Notes: a model not told the origin generated them from the sequence alone. A stretch of 64,000 bases of DNA from a virus (IMGVR_UViG_3300043450_000376), one strand, 5' to 3'; positions 36,578-44,902 are shown, counted from the stretch's first letter. Program-made: numbers and translations.

Positions 36578-38220
36578 GATCTCTACTCTTAATAATATTT
36601 TTATCTGCTTTTACTACTTCTGTAAAAGCTCAAAGCTACATATACCAATATGTAGATCCATGTACAAAGAATATTAAATTCGTATCTGTTCCGCTTAGTG
36701 GTGCAAATGTCGCCGTAACCTATTATGGCCAAGTTGGAACATTTAGTAATGCAGATTTTAGCAATGGTAATTTTATATCATGGTTAAATCAAACTTCTGG
36801 CTCAAATGCTGGTAAACCATGCGATCAGGCTACAACTCAAGCAGTTAACTCAACTAACTTAATCGTTACAAATAACATTATTTCAACCTTAACTAATATT
36901 ACATCAGTTTCAATGATGGCAGCAAGTCTTTCATCAAATGTTGCAGGGTCAGTCGGCGGTAATCTTGGAAATACTGTAAGCAATGGATCTTCCGGCGATG
37001 GTTCAGGAAACGGTAGCGGCGATGGAAAAAAGGACGATAAGAAAAATAATAGCGGAAATGGAAGCGGTAGCGGCAATAATAACAATAATTCTAATGGGTC
37101 CTCTGGTTCTAATGGGAATACTCAGTCTAGTGGTTCAACTGGATCAACAAATAATCAAGGAAATGGCTCATCTAATAACAACGGAGGAAATACAACAGGC
37201 TCTAGTGGAAATACTGGAAGCGGAAACACTGGATCAGGTTCAGGTTCTGGTCAAGCAGGTGGAAACCCTGCTTCAGGCTCGGGAGGAAGCGGTTCAGGTT
37301 CAAGTGGTTCAACTCAAGGAGGAGGTTCATCGTCTCAGCCGCCTGTAGGTAATACGGGATCCACTGGGTCAACTGGAACTGGCGGTAATGGTAACACTAA
37401 TGGAGGCGGAACTGGATCAGCTGGCGGAACAGGAAACACCACAGAAACAGGCGGAGCAACTCAATCTAGTTCAAGTAGTGGAAGCGGTGGAACTGCAAAC
37501 TCTGTATCAAATGCAGCAGAATCAACATCAAGCGGAGGCGGTAGTTCTAGCGGCGGAGGAAGTTCAAAAAATGGAGATAAAAACCGAGCAAGAACTGGTG
37601 CTCTTATTGGAACTGGAGATATTGTAGCTGTGCGCAGTGCAGAAGAGGGAGAAAAGGATCAATTTAAGTTTACAATGAGTATGACTAAGTCTAATACCAA
37701 AAACACCTTTGCTAGAGGATTCTTAGGAAACTTTACTACTCAAATTAATAATTCAAACGTTACGTTCTATGGCGCATGGACTCTACCTAAAAGTAAAACA
37801 ACTGTTATTGTTGCAAACTCATCAATGATAAATCCAGATAGAGATTTCTTTAATACAACAACACTACTTGCGTCAAAGAGATTTACAAAACTTTCACTTA
37901 TGGGCGGTCTTAACTTTACAGCGGGTGCAATTGGCGAAACTGGGTTTCAAAACTTATCAGCAGTCGGTGGTGGATTTTATATGTTTAATGCAGGTAAAAA
38001 AATAACAGCAACTCTCCTGGTACTTGGAGTTTATTCTCCATTTACACAATTCTATGAAGGAAATTGGTGGAGTTCAGGTCTATTGGTAGTTCCGTTTAGT
38101 TCATGGGATTATTCAATTACAAAGAAATTTAAATTTAATATAAGTTTCTCGGGAACTTATGAAATGAATAAAAATATGCTTAACTATCAGATCTTAACTG
38201 GTGGTAAAGTGATGCTCTAA
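36574..38220 (+). CDS. secreted protein with a long Gly/Ser/Asn/Thr low-complexity linker and a beta-barrel-like C-terminus
   Basis: Signal peptide; about 230 aa of G/S/N/T repeats; alternating beta strands at the C-terminus. Confidence 0.7.
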   Translation: MRSLLLIIFLSAFTTSVKAQSYIYQYVDPCTKNIKFVSVPLSGANVAVTYYGQVGTFSNADFSNGNFISWLNQTSGSNAGKPCDQATTQAVNSTNLIVTNNIISTLTNITSVSMMAASLSSNVAGSVGGNLGNTVSNGSSGDGSGNGSGDGKKDDKKNNSGNGSGSGNNNNNSNGSSGSNGNTQSSGSTGSTNNQGNGSSNNNGGNTTGSSGNTGSGNTGSGSGSGQAGGNPASGSGGSGSGSSGSTQGGGSSSQPPVGNTGSTGSTGTGGNGNTNGGGTGSAGGTGNTTETGGATQSSSSSGSGGTANSVSNAAESTSSGGGSSSGGGSSKNGDKNRARTGALIGTGDIVAVRSAEEGEKDQFKFTMSMTKSNTKNTFARGFLGNFTTQINNSNVTFYGAWTLPKSKTTVIVANSSMINPDRDFFNTTTLLASKRFTKLSLMGGLNFTAGAIGETGFQNLSAVGGGFYMFNAGKKITATLLVLGVYSPFTQFYEGNWWSSGLLVVPFSSWDYSITKKFKFNISFSGTYEMNKNMLNYQILTGGKVML

Positions 38221-38222
38221 TT

Positions 38223-39029
38223 ATGAAGAATTTATTTTTAATAAGTACGTTGATTTTTATATCAGTAAATGCATTTTCACAGGCAGTGCCTCCTCCGCCT
38301 CCACCGAATCCGCCTGCTCCAATGGAAAATGTTGGTCAAGTACAAAATGCAACTGGATTTGTTCAATCTAAATCGTTTGCTCCATCTGGGTCTATGGTTA
38401 AGCCTAGCCCATTTTTAGCAGGAGCTGATATGGCTTTTATATCAAATCCAACATTTGAAGGAGGTTTTAGAGCAGGCTTTTCATTAGGTTATGCTAAAAC
38501 CTCGACTAATGGATCAAAAACATTTGGCGGTAATGGAATTGCAACCTTTGATTTAACACAAAGATCTTTTAATATTTTTTATGGAAGAAATAAAAAAACC
38601 TATTCAGCATTTATATCAACATCATTTGCGCAAATAGGACTTGATTGCAGTTATGGTCCAGCTTTTACTGTATTGTTTAAAAGAAAAGCTTTCAACTATG
38701 GCTCAACTTTAGGTTGGAGCTTTATAGATGGAGCTACCTATAGAATAATGTCGCCAACTGCTGTTATTATAATTAATAAGCCAATGCAGATAGGAAAGAG
38801 AATTAAATACACACCGGAATTATTTGCAACCTTTGCCAATCCTTATTATAGTAGAGATGCAATGGCTTGGTCAAATGATTTAACAGTTAATGCAATCGTT
38901 GGAAACTCAATTGGTTTGCTAATAGGAAAATCATTTATTATGAATGTGGATTGGAGAGCAAACATAAATACAAATCCAAAGCTTGGCATAATGCACAACT
39001 TATTAATTGGAACCAACTATAAATTTTAA
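38223..39029 (+). CDS. secreted protein, probable beta-barrel, Pro-rich N-terminus
   Basis: Signal peptide; PPPPPPNPP; C-terminal Phe (TNYKF). Confidence 0.6.
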   Translation: MKNLFLISTLIFISVNAFSQAVPPPPPPNPPAPMENVGQVQNATGFVQSKSFAPSGSMVKPSPFLAGADMAFISNPTFEGGFRAGFSLGYAKTSTNGSKTFGGNGIATFDLTQRSFNIFYGRNKKTYSAFISTSFAQIGLDCSYGPAFTVLFKRKAFNYGSTLGWSFIDGATYRIMSPTAVIIINKPMQIGKRIKYTPELFATFANPYYSRDAMAWSNDLTVNAIVGNSIGLLIGKSFIMNVDWRANINTNPKLGIMHNLLIGTNYKF

Positions 39030-39042
39030 AAAATCAAATACT

Positions 39043-39489
39043 ATGAAAAAGTTATTATTAGTTTTATCAACCCTTACTCTACTTTCTTTTACTGAACCTT
39101 GTTATAAAGTAACAAGCGTTATCGCAAGTGCAGATGCTCCTGATATGAAAAAAGAAAGAGTAATCTTTGGAATTAAACAATTAGCAGAAGAAATTGTTTC
39201 AGAAAAATATACAATTTGCAGCGACGGTTCGCCAATTACAGTTGATCTTTTTTCAATAGAGGCTCCAACTACTGGCGTTTCAATCGGACCTTTTACTGCA
39301 ATTAAGAAAGAAACTATTATTAAAGTTAAAATTACCAAAGATGGTAAAGAATATATTGGAGAAGGCACAGCTAAAACCACGGTTAAATCTACCTTAATTG
39401 AATTAAAAGACGAGAATCTTCCATTTGAAAAAACAACTTTCGCTAGTGCAGTAAAGAAAAGTTTATTAGACGCAGTTAGCAAAATGTAA
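39043..39489 (+). CDS. exported hypothetical protein
   Basis: Signal peptide; C-terminal EKTTFASAVKKSL resembles the end of the CsgG-like protein. Confidence 0.65.
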   Translation: MKKLLLVLSTLTLLSFTEPCYKVTSVIASADAPDMKKERVIFGIKQLAEEIVSEKYTICSDGSPITVDLFSIEAPTTGVSIGPFTAIKKETIIKVKITKDGKEYIGEGTAKTTVKSTLIELKDENLPFEKTTFASAVKKSLLDAVSKM

Positions 39490-39491
39490 TT

Positions 39492-41804
39492 ATGTTTAAA
39501 AAACCACTCTACATATTATTAGGACTTGTCCTATTCTTAATTCCAGCACTAGGTTTTGCGCAAGCAACAACAGTTAATCTTGGAACAAGTAGTAGTGGGG
39601 TTGTATCAGTTAGCTTTAATACATGGACCAAAGTTGATCCAAACATATCAATAACAGCAAATGGTACAATTACTGGTTTTAGGGTTCAAATATCTCAAGC
39701 CTATACAAGTGGTGCAAGCGGAGATCAATTAAGATCTACCGCAACTCTGCCATCGGGAATATCAGTTGCTGCATTTAATACAACTACGGGAGTCTTAGCA
39801 TTTAGCGGTTCCACCACTGCCTCTAATTGGCAAACTGTATTAAGTGGAGTGGAGTTTAGATCAACTACTTCAACCTGCTATGCGTTACAAAGAAGAATTA
39901 CTTTTGTAGCAGGTACAGTATTTTATAACCCATTAACCGAACACTTCTATGAATATGTTTCAGGTACTACATCTTGGACCAATTCCTATACGGCGGCATC
40001 TGCTAAATCATATTTTGGCCGAGCTGGATATTTAGCAACAATGATGTCAGAAGCAGAAAATAATTTTGTTTGGAAGTTAATGGCAAATGATGCTTGGATG
40101 GGAGCGTCTGATGACTATAACTATATTAATACCGCAAAGGGTTCAACCGTTTATGCTAGTCAATCGGCAGCTGAAGGTAAATGGCACTGGGTTACAGGTC
40201 CAGAAAAAGGTCAAAACTTTTCAAACGGAAATACCCCAAGCACAACCTTAGTATCGGGTATGTATCATAAATGGGCAGGCGGCGAGCCTAATGGTACATC
40301 AGAAGCTTTTGGTCAATTCTATTCTTCAAATAATGGCCAATGGAATGACTTAGCCAATAGCACTCTACCTGGTTATATTTGTGAATATGGAGATATGCCT
40401 GGAGATATTACATCAAGTACTACAATATTAACCCGAAGTATTGAGATTAGCGGAGCATCGAGCGGTTATATTTCAGGTGGAGATATTAATGTTTGTTCAG
40501 GTTCAAATAGTACAACCCTAACTCTTAATAGTTATACTGGAAGTATTGTAAGATGGGAATCTTCTTTTGATAACTTCTTTACTGCAGGTACTACAATTTC
40601 AAGTACGTCCGCTAGCATCACAGTTACTAACTTAACTAAGACTACATATTATAGAGCAATTGTAAATTCAACTAGCCCAACTACTTGTTCAGGTTTAGCA
40701 ACATCGAGTAGCGCTCTATCAGTTAAGCCAACAACCGCTGGCTCGGTATTCGCAGCAAACAATTCAATTTGTGCAGGCGGTCAAGCTGAACTAACCTTAT
40801 CTGGTCAACAGGGTAATATTAATAAATGGCAAAGGTCAACTGATAATGTTAACTGGACTGATATTACAAATACGACTGCAAGTTTAACTCAAACTCTTAA
40901 TACAGCAGGTACCTATTATTATAGAGCACAGGTGCAAACACCAAACTGTGGAAGTGCAGTTAATACTAGTGCTAAGACCATTACCGTTACATCGGGAACT
41001 CCGCCAGTCGGAGGATCAGTTTCATCTGCAGTTCATGCAACCGCAACCAATTCAGGTACGCTAACGCTTAGTGGACATACCGGAACTATTGTTAAATGGC
41101 AACGTTCGGCAAATGATGGAGTAACGTGGACAGATATTACAAATACCTCTACGACCAATTCATATTCAAATCAAACCGATGGTGTTTTGTATAGAGCTCA
41201 ATTACAAAATGGAACATGTGGATTTACATTTTCAACTGCAGGAATAATTACAGTTGCACCATTTACATATTCCGGAACTGTTTACAATTCAGAGGTAATC
41301 GTTTTTCCAAACGTTGAAGTTAAACTATATTCTAAACTTAAATCTGATCTAACCTATTCTTTTAATAGTTCGTCTACTACTAATGCAAGCGGAGTATACT
41401 CATTCACAACTTCTCTAAGTGTAAACAAATATGATTTTAGAGTGTCAATTGAATCTATTACAACTACAATTCCAACATCGACTGATGCTCAAACATTTAC
41501 CAATAAGATTTTAACACAAACATTTAACTCAAAGGATTACTATAGAATTGACGCAAATAATAATAACTCATTATCAATTACAGATGTGTTCTTAATTTAT
41601 TCTAAAGTTAACTCTACTATTTTAACTTGGCCAAATTCAACACCAGACTATAGAATATTCTCGGCAACCCAATGGTCTACTATTAATAGTGGAACAGCTA
41701 ACATGAAATCTACTTTACCTGGACAACAATCGCTGCTAATAGATGGGCCAGTTTCAGGTGGAACAACTAACTTTTATATAGTTAGAACTGGAATTCGCCA
41801 GTAA
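39492..41804 (+). CDS. secreted adhesin-like protein: C-type lectin domain, Ig-like repeats, dockerin-like C-terminus
   Basis: GYLAT...EN.F.W...W.GA...W.W...W..GEPN...WND...YICEY; repeated KWQRS.D...WTDI; DANNNNSLSITD. Confidence 0.8.
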   Translation: MFKKPLYILLGLVLFLIPALGFAQATTVNLGTSSSGVVSVSFNTWTKVDPNISITANGTITGFRVQISQAYTSGASGDQLRSTATLPSGISVAAFNTTTGVLAFSGSTTASNWQTVLSGVEFRSTTSTCYALQRRITFVAGTVFYNPLTEHFYEYVSGTTSWTNSYTAASAKSYFGRAGYLATMMSEAENNFVWKLMANDAWMGASDDYNYINTAKGSTVYASQSAAEGKWHWVTGPEKGQNFSNGNTPSTTLVSGMYHKWAGGEPNGTSEAFGQFYSSNNGQWNDLANSTLPGYICEYGDMPGDITSSTTILTRSIEISGASSGYISGGDINVCSGSNSTTLTLNSYTGSIVRWESSFDNFFTAGTTISSTSASITVTNLTKTTYYRAIVNSTSPTTCSGLATSSSALSVKPTTAGSVFAANNSICAGGQAELTLSGQQGNINKWQRSTDNVNWTDITNTTASLTQTLNTAGTYYYRAQVQTPNCGSAVNTSAKTITVTSGTPPVGGSVSSAVHATATNSGTLTLSGHTGTIVKWQRSANDGVTWTDITNTSTTNSYSNQTDGVLYRAQLQNGTCGFTFSTAGIITVAPFTYSGTVYNSEVIVFPNVEVKLYSKLKSDLTYSFNSSSTTNASGVYSFTTSLSVNKYDFRVSIESITTTIPTSTDAQTFTNKILTQTFNSKDYYRIDANNNNSLSITDVFLIYSKVNSTILTWPNSTPDYRIFSATQWSTINSGTANMKSTLPGQQSLLIDGPVSGGTTNFYIVRTGIRQ

Positions 41805-41849
41805 TCCAATCCAATTTTCATAGTATAATAACTAAAATAATCAATCGTA

Positions 41850-42077
41850 ATGATAGATTTAAAGGAAGTATCTATTGCCTGGTTTAGATCGTTTAACCCA
41901 ACTCCTGAACAAAGGGCAACAGCAGACGAACGACTCGCTATTTGTGAAGCCTGTCCAGAATCAAAAGTTAATCAATTAAATATTCACTATTGCGGTGCAT
42001 GCGGCTGTCCTCTTAACAAGAAAATTTTCTCACCAAAGGGGCCAAGTGCATGTCCTCAGCAAAAATGGCCCCAATAA
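41850..42077 (+). CDS. small Cys-rich metal-binding protein (DUF6171-like)
   Basis: RLAICEACP...CGACGCPL..K...CP..KW. Confidence 0.7.
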   Translation: MIDLKEVSIAWFRSFNPTPEQRATADERLAICEACPESKVNQLNIHYCGACGCPLNKKIFSPKGPSACPQQKWPQ

Positions 42078-42094
42078 GGGTATATTAATCGTAA

Positions 42095-42322
42095 ATGGCA
42101 AAGTTAAACATACAGTTATTCAAAGAAACAATGGACGAGTTTAAAGACAAGATCGAAAATGATCCGTTTAGAACTGGCGAAATTCTTCGTGATCAATATC
42201 CCGATGAAATTTCAGAAATGTTAGAATTGCTATTTTGGGCAAAGGGCGCTAGGGAAGTAACATTTAAAGTTTCCAAAGATTCCGATGACCTACTTAAAGT
42301 TGAAATCTTAAACAGAAAATAA
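42095..42322 (+). CDS. hypothetical protein
   Basis: ORF track. Confidence 0.65.
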   Translation: MAKLNIQLFKETMDEFKDKIENDPFRTGEILRDQYPDEISEMLELLFWAKGAREVTFKVSKDSDDLLKVEILNRK

Positions 42323-42323
42323 A

Positions 42324-42530
42324 ATGCCACCAGAATTTTACACAGAAGCAGACATTGAAAATGCTCAAGCAAACGCACCAATAGATTACAATAAAGTATT
42401 TAGGGGTTCAACTTATACCGAAACCGAATTAGGTAAATTGTTACTTGAAATTTGGGAAAACCGTAATTGGTTTAGTACAAAGGATATTGATGCGATACGT
42501 AATCAATTAAAAGAAGATAGGAAATTATGA
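42324..42530 (+). CDS. hypothetical protein
   Basis: ORF track. Confidence 0.65.
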   Translation: MPPEFYTEADIENAQANAPIDYNKVFRGSTYTETELGKLLLEIWENRNWFSTKDIDAIRNQLKEDRKL

Positions 42531-42979
42531 TTAGAATTTATTTAGATGATGTACGAACTCCAGTTGAAACTGAATGGGTAGTAGTCCGAAATTATGAAGA
42601 GTTTGTACATTTAGTTAAAGAAACTGGGTTAGAGAATATCGAAGTAATTTCTCTTGACCACGACCTAGGTGATTCGGCTATGAGTGAATACTTTAATAAC
42701 GTAAGTCCTAATTATATTTTAGATTACACGCATATTAATGAGAAAACTGGATATGACTGTGCTAAATGGTTAGTTAACGAGTTTTATGATAGGAATCCAA
42801 AGTGGAGTGACTTATCACGAGACGTAAAGCGAGGTAAGCCTTTTCAATTTCCACTAGTCTATACTCACTCAGCTAATCCAATCGGCAGTGCCAATATCAT
42901 GGGTTATATTAATAACTTCTTTATGAATGAGGCTCAAGCCCAAACTTGTGTACGAGTAACTATTACTCACACAGTATAA
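42527..42979 (+). CDS. cyclic-phosphate-processing receiver-domain protein
   Basis: IYLDDVRTP, SLDHDLG, TGYD..KWL, HSANP. Confidence 0.8.
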   Translation: MIRIYLDDVRTPVETEWVVVRNYEEFVHLVKETGLENIEVISLDHDLGDSAMSEYFNNVSPNYILDYTHINEKTGYDCAKWLVNEFYDRNPKWSDLSRDVKRGKPFQFPLVYTHSANPIGSANIMGYINNFFMNEAQAQTCVRVTITHTV

Positions 42980-42993
42980 AAATATTTTAAATT

Positions 42994-43134
42994 ATGGGAA
43001 TACTTACCGGAATATTGATATGCGCAATATGTGCTGTCATAGTATACATGGCATTTAAACATGTATACTATCATGAAAAAAATGATAAGAAGCTAGTTAA
43101 GTCAATACTAAAAAACAAAAAAAGTAAAAAATAA
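42994..43134 (+). CDS. small membrane peptide (46 aa)
   Basis: Manual translation; N-terminal TM helix, basic tail. Confidence 0.55.
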   Translation: MGILTGILICAICAVIVYMAFKHVYYHEKNDKKLVKSILKNKKSKK

Positions 43135-43142
43135 TATGCAAA

Positions 43143-43168
43143 TTGTCAAAAACTTTGTGTATATTAGC
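43143..43168 (+). promoter_or_regulatory. class I-like promoter of the leader/tRNA transcript
   Basis: TTGTCA...TATATTAGC without the upstream box. Confidence 0.6.
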
Positions 43169-43200
43169 AAATATAAATAACTATACAAAATAACACCGTG

Positions 43201-43299
43201 ATGCAAACACAAATGAACCATATTATCGAGAATTGCTTTAGCCAAGTAGCATATGCTAAGTGGACAGGCAATGACCGTGACTTAGGGTTCAGGCGTTGA
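43201..43299 (+). CDS. putative attenuator leader peptide (32 aa)
   Basis: MQTQMNHIIENCFSQVAYAKWTGNDRDLGFRR; its last codons contain the antiterminator strand. Confidence 0.7.
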   Translation: MQTQMNHIIENCFSQVAYAKWTGNDRDLGFRR

Positions 43300-43334
43300 T
43301 AGGTATTATAAAGTTAGTAACTATGAAAACACTG

Positions 43335-43369
43335 AGCCCGAACCCAAAAAGTTCGGGTTTTTTGTTTTT
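43335..43369 (+). terminator. attenuator terminator upstream of the tRNA array
   Basis: AGCCCGAAC/GTTCGGGTT plus T-runs; 5' arm overlaps CTGAGCCC, complementary to GGGTTCAG at 43285-43292. Confidence 0.85.
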
Positions 43370-43378
43370 ACAGAATAG

Positions 43379-43400
43379 GTTCTTTGACATGTTGGAAAGT
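43379..43400 (+). promoter_or_regulatory. rrn-type boxA antitermination element
   Basis: GTTCTTTGACATGTTGGAAAGT immediately before tRNA-Phe. Confidence 0.7.
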
Positions 43401-43404
43401 ATTT

Positions 43405-43477
43405 GGACAGGTAGCTCAGTAGGTAGAGCACAGGACTGAAAATCCTGGTGTCGGCGGTTCGACCCCGCCCCTGTCCA
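43405..43477 (+). tRNA. tRNA-Phe(GAA)
   Basis: Cloverleaf; loop CTGAAAA. Confidence 0.95.
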
Positions 43478-43478
43478 C

Positions 43479-43556
43479 GTTGGCTGTAGCTCAGTTGGTT
43501 AGAGCGTCTGATTGTGGTTCAGAAGGTCGTGGGTTCGATTCCCATCAGTCACCCCA
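43479..43556 (+). tRNA. tRNA-His(GTG)
   Basis: G-1, loop TTGTGGT, encoded CCA. Confidence 0.93.
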
Positions 43557-43558
43557 TT

Positions 43559-43643
43559 GGAAGTTTGTCAGAGTGGTCTATTGTGCAGCTTTGCTAAAGC
43601 TGTGGATGTCAAAGTCCCGAAGGTTCGAATCCTTCAGCTTCCG
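43559..43643 (+). tRNA. tRNA-Ser(GCT)
   Basis: Loop TTGCTAA, long variable arm, G73. Confidence 0.93.
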
Positions 43644-43657
43644 CTTAAAATTGTTGC

Positions 43658-43765
43658 TGGTAGGTGGTGAAATTTGGCAGACACGACCTCCTGTCTCGGG
43701 GTTAAAGATCGGAAATAAAGCGAAAGCCTAATCCCTTTGTACTGGTTCGAATCCAGTCCTACCAG
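43658..43765 (+). tRNA. atypical tRNA-like RNA, GTC anticodon, 38-nt variable arm
   Basis: Acceptor TGGTAGG/CCTACCA, Leu-type D arm, loop CTGTCTC, T arm ACTGG-TTCGAAT-CCAGT. Confidence 0.7.
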
Positions 43766-43795
43766 CAGTAGTTAAAAATTTGTAAATTACTTATT

Positions 43796-44224
43796 ATGGA
43801 TAATATAGACAAAGAGTTTTTAAAACTCAAAATACAGAAACAATTGGAGCATGATCGAATCGATCGTGCCAAAAGGATTAGGGAATATTGGGAAACTGAA
43901 ACTACTCCATTTAAGGAGCCACATGAAGTTCCAACTATTCCTAGAGCAGAGCCCGAAGAATATAAAAACTTTTATATTCCTAAACTTATACAAAGAGGTG
44001 CAATTCCAAAACGCGACCTGATCCACGGTCAAGTTTATATTGGCGATACACGTAATGCCACTACTGCAAAATGGAATGCAGACCTGCAAGAGTTTGAATA
44101 CTGGCGATATAAGTTCGGTAACACTTATATTGATACTTGCAATCATTTCGAAGATGATAATGGATTTGCCCTCTTTGTTCCTATCAGATTAGGAGAAGAA
44201 AAAGATTGGAAAAAAAGTGAATAA
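43796..44224 (+). CDS. hypothetical protein inside the tRNA region
   Basis: ORF track; AIPKRDL..G..Y.G..RNAT.A.W motif. Confidence 0.75.
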   Translation: MDNIDKEFLKLKIQKQLEHDRIDRAKRIREYWETETTPFKEPHEVPTIPRAEPEEYKNFYIPKLIQRGAIPKRDLIHGQVYIGDTRNATTAKWNADLQEFEYWRYKFGNTYIDTCNHFEDDNGFALFVPIRLGEEKDWKKSE

Positions 44225-44234
44225 AAATTTTTTA

Positions 44235-44260
44235 GTGTCAAATATTTGTTTTATATTTGC
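44235..44260 (+). promoter_or_regulatory. promoter with an exact Bacteroidota -7 element (TATATTTG)
   Basis: TGTCA...TATATTTG at 44252 matches TAnnTTTG. Confidence 0.7.
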
Positions 44261-44271
44261 TCTAATTCAAT

Positions 44272-44345
44272 CGAACTGTAGCTCAGTTGGTTAGAGCACT
44301 CGCCTGATACGCGAGTGGTCGATGGTTCGAGTCCATCCAGTTCGA
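44272..44345 (+). tRNA. tRNA-Ile(GAT)
   Basis: Loop CTGATAC. Confidence 0.93.
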
Positions 44346-44350
44346 CTCAT

Positions 44351-44422
44351 AGTTTCTTAGTTCAATGGATAGAACACTTGACTACGGATCAAGAGATAAG
44401 GGTTCGAGTCCTTTAGGAACTA
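44351..44422 (+). tRNA. tRNA-Arg(ACG)
   Basis: Loop CTACGGA. Confidence 0.93.
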
Positions 44423-44428
44423 CTATAG

Positions 44429-44498
44429 GTACAGGATGATCGTGGTGGTCGGATAGTCTGCAAAACTATTGGTGTTGGTTCGATTCCAACCTTGTACT
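44429..44498 (+). tRNA. tRNA-Cys(GCA)
   Basis: Loop CTGCAAA, U73. Confidence 0.88.
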
Positions 44499-44506
44499 CA
44501 ACATAC

Positions 44507-44577
44507 ATGCCTGTGGTGAAATGGTATCATGTCGGTCTCCAAAACCGCGGTTAGAGGTTCGAATCCTTTCAGGTGTG
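44507..44577 (+). tRNA. tRNA-Trp(CCA)
   Basis: Loop CTCCAAA. Confidence 0.9.
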
Positions 44578-44583
44578 CAAAAT

Positions 44584-44658
44584 GTCTTGGTAGCTCAGCG
44601 GTAGAGCTCTCGACTGTTAATCGAGTGGTCGCAGGTTCGAATCCTGCCCGGGACGCCA
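44584..44658 (+). tRNA. tRNA-Asn(GTT)
   Basis: Loop CTGTTAA, encoded CCA. Confidence 0.95.
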
Positions 44659-44662
44659 ATAT

Positions 44663-44737
44663 TGCGGGATGTGTAGAAGATGGTTATCTCGTCAGTCTCA
44701 TAAGCTGAAGTCCCCGGTTCGAGTCCGGGTCCCGCAA
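44663..44737 (+). tRNA. tRNA-Met(CAT), elongator type
   Basis: Loop CTCATAA; acceptor TGCGGGA/TCCCGCA; slightly irregular D arm. Confidence 0.85.
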
Positions 44738-44744
44738 CAAAAAT

Positions 44745-44818
44745 GATCTCGTAGCTCAGTTGGCTAGAGCACCTCACTTTTAATGAGGGAGTCGATGGTT
44801 CGAGTCCATCCGGGATCA
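44745..44818 (+). tRNA. tRNA-Lys(TTT)
   Basis: Loop CTTTTAA. Confidence 0.95.
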
Positions 44819-44821
44819 CAA

Positions 44822-44902
44822 ATGTAAGTAGAATATAGAAATGGCGAGTTCAGTATTCCTCCCAATTACGCCTATGCAAAGGAGGTCGAATTCTACTTAC
44901 AT
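44822..44902 (+). ncRNA. candidate small pseudoknotted ncRNA
   Basis: Perfect 13-bp closing stem around a pseudoknot. Confidence 0.6.

Noticed and set aside
36837-37627. Alternative-frame ORFs within the G/S/N-rich gene
   Set aside because: Artefacts of low-complexity codon repeats.
44843-44893. HDV-like theta ribozyme at a tRNA 3' end
   Set aside because: TTCCTCCC resembles the HDV L3 loop, but I could not build consistent P1, P2, P1.1 and J4/2 elements, and the putative cleavage G is about 25 nt from the tRNA end. A descriptor search would settle it.
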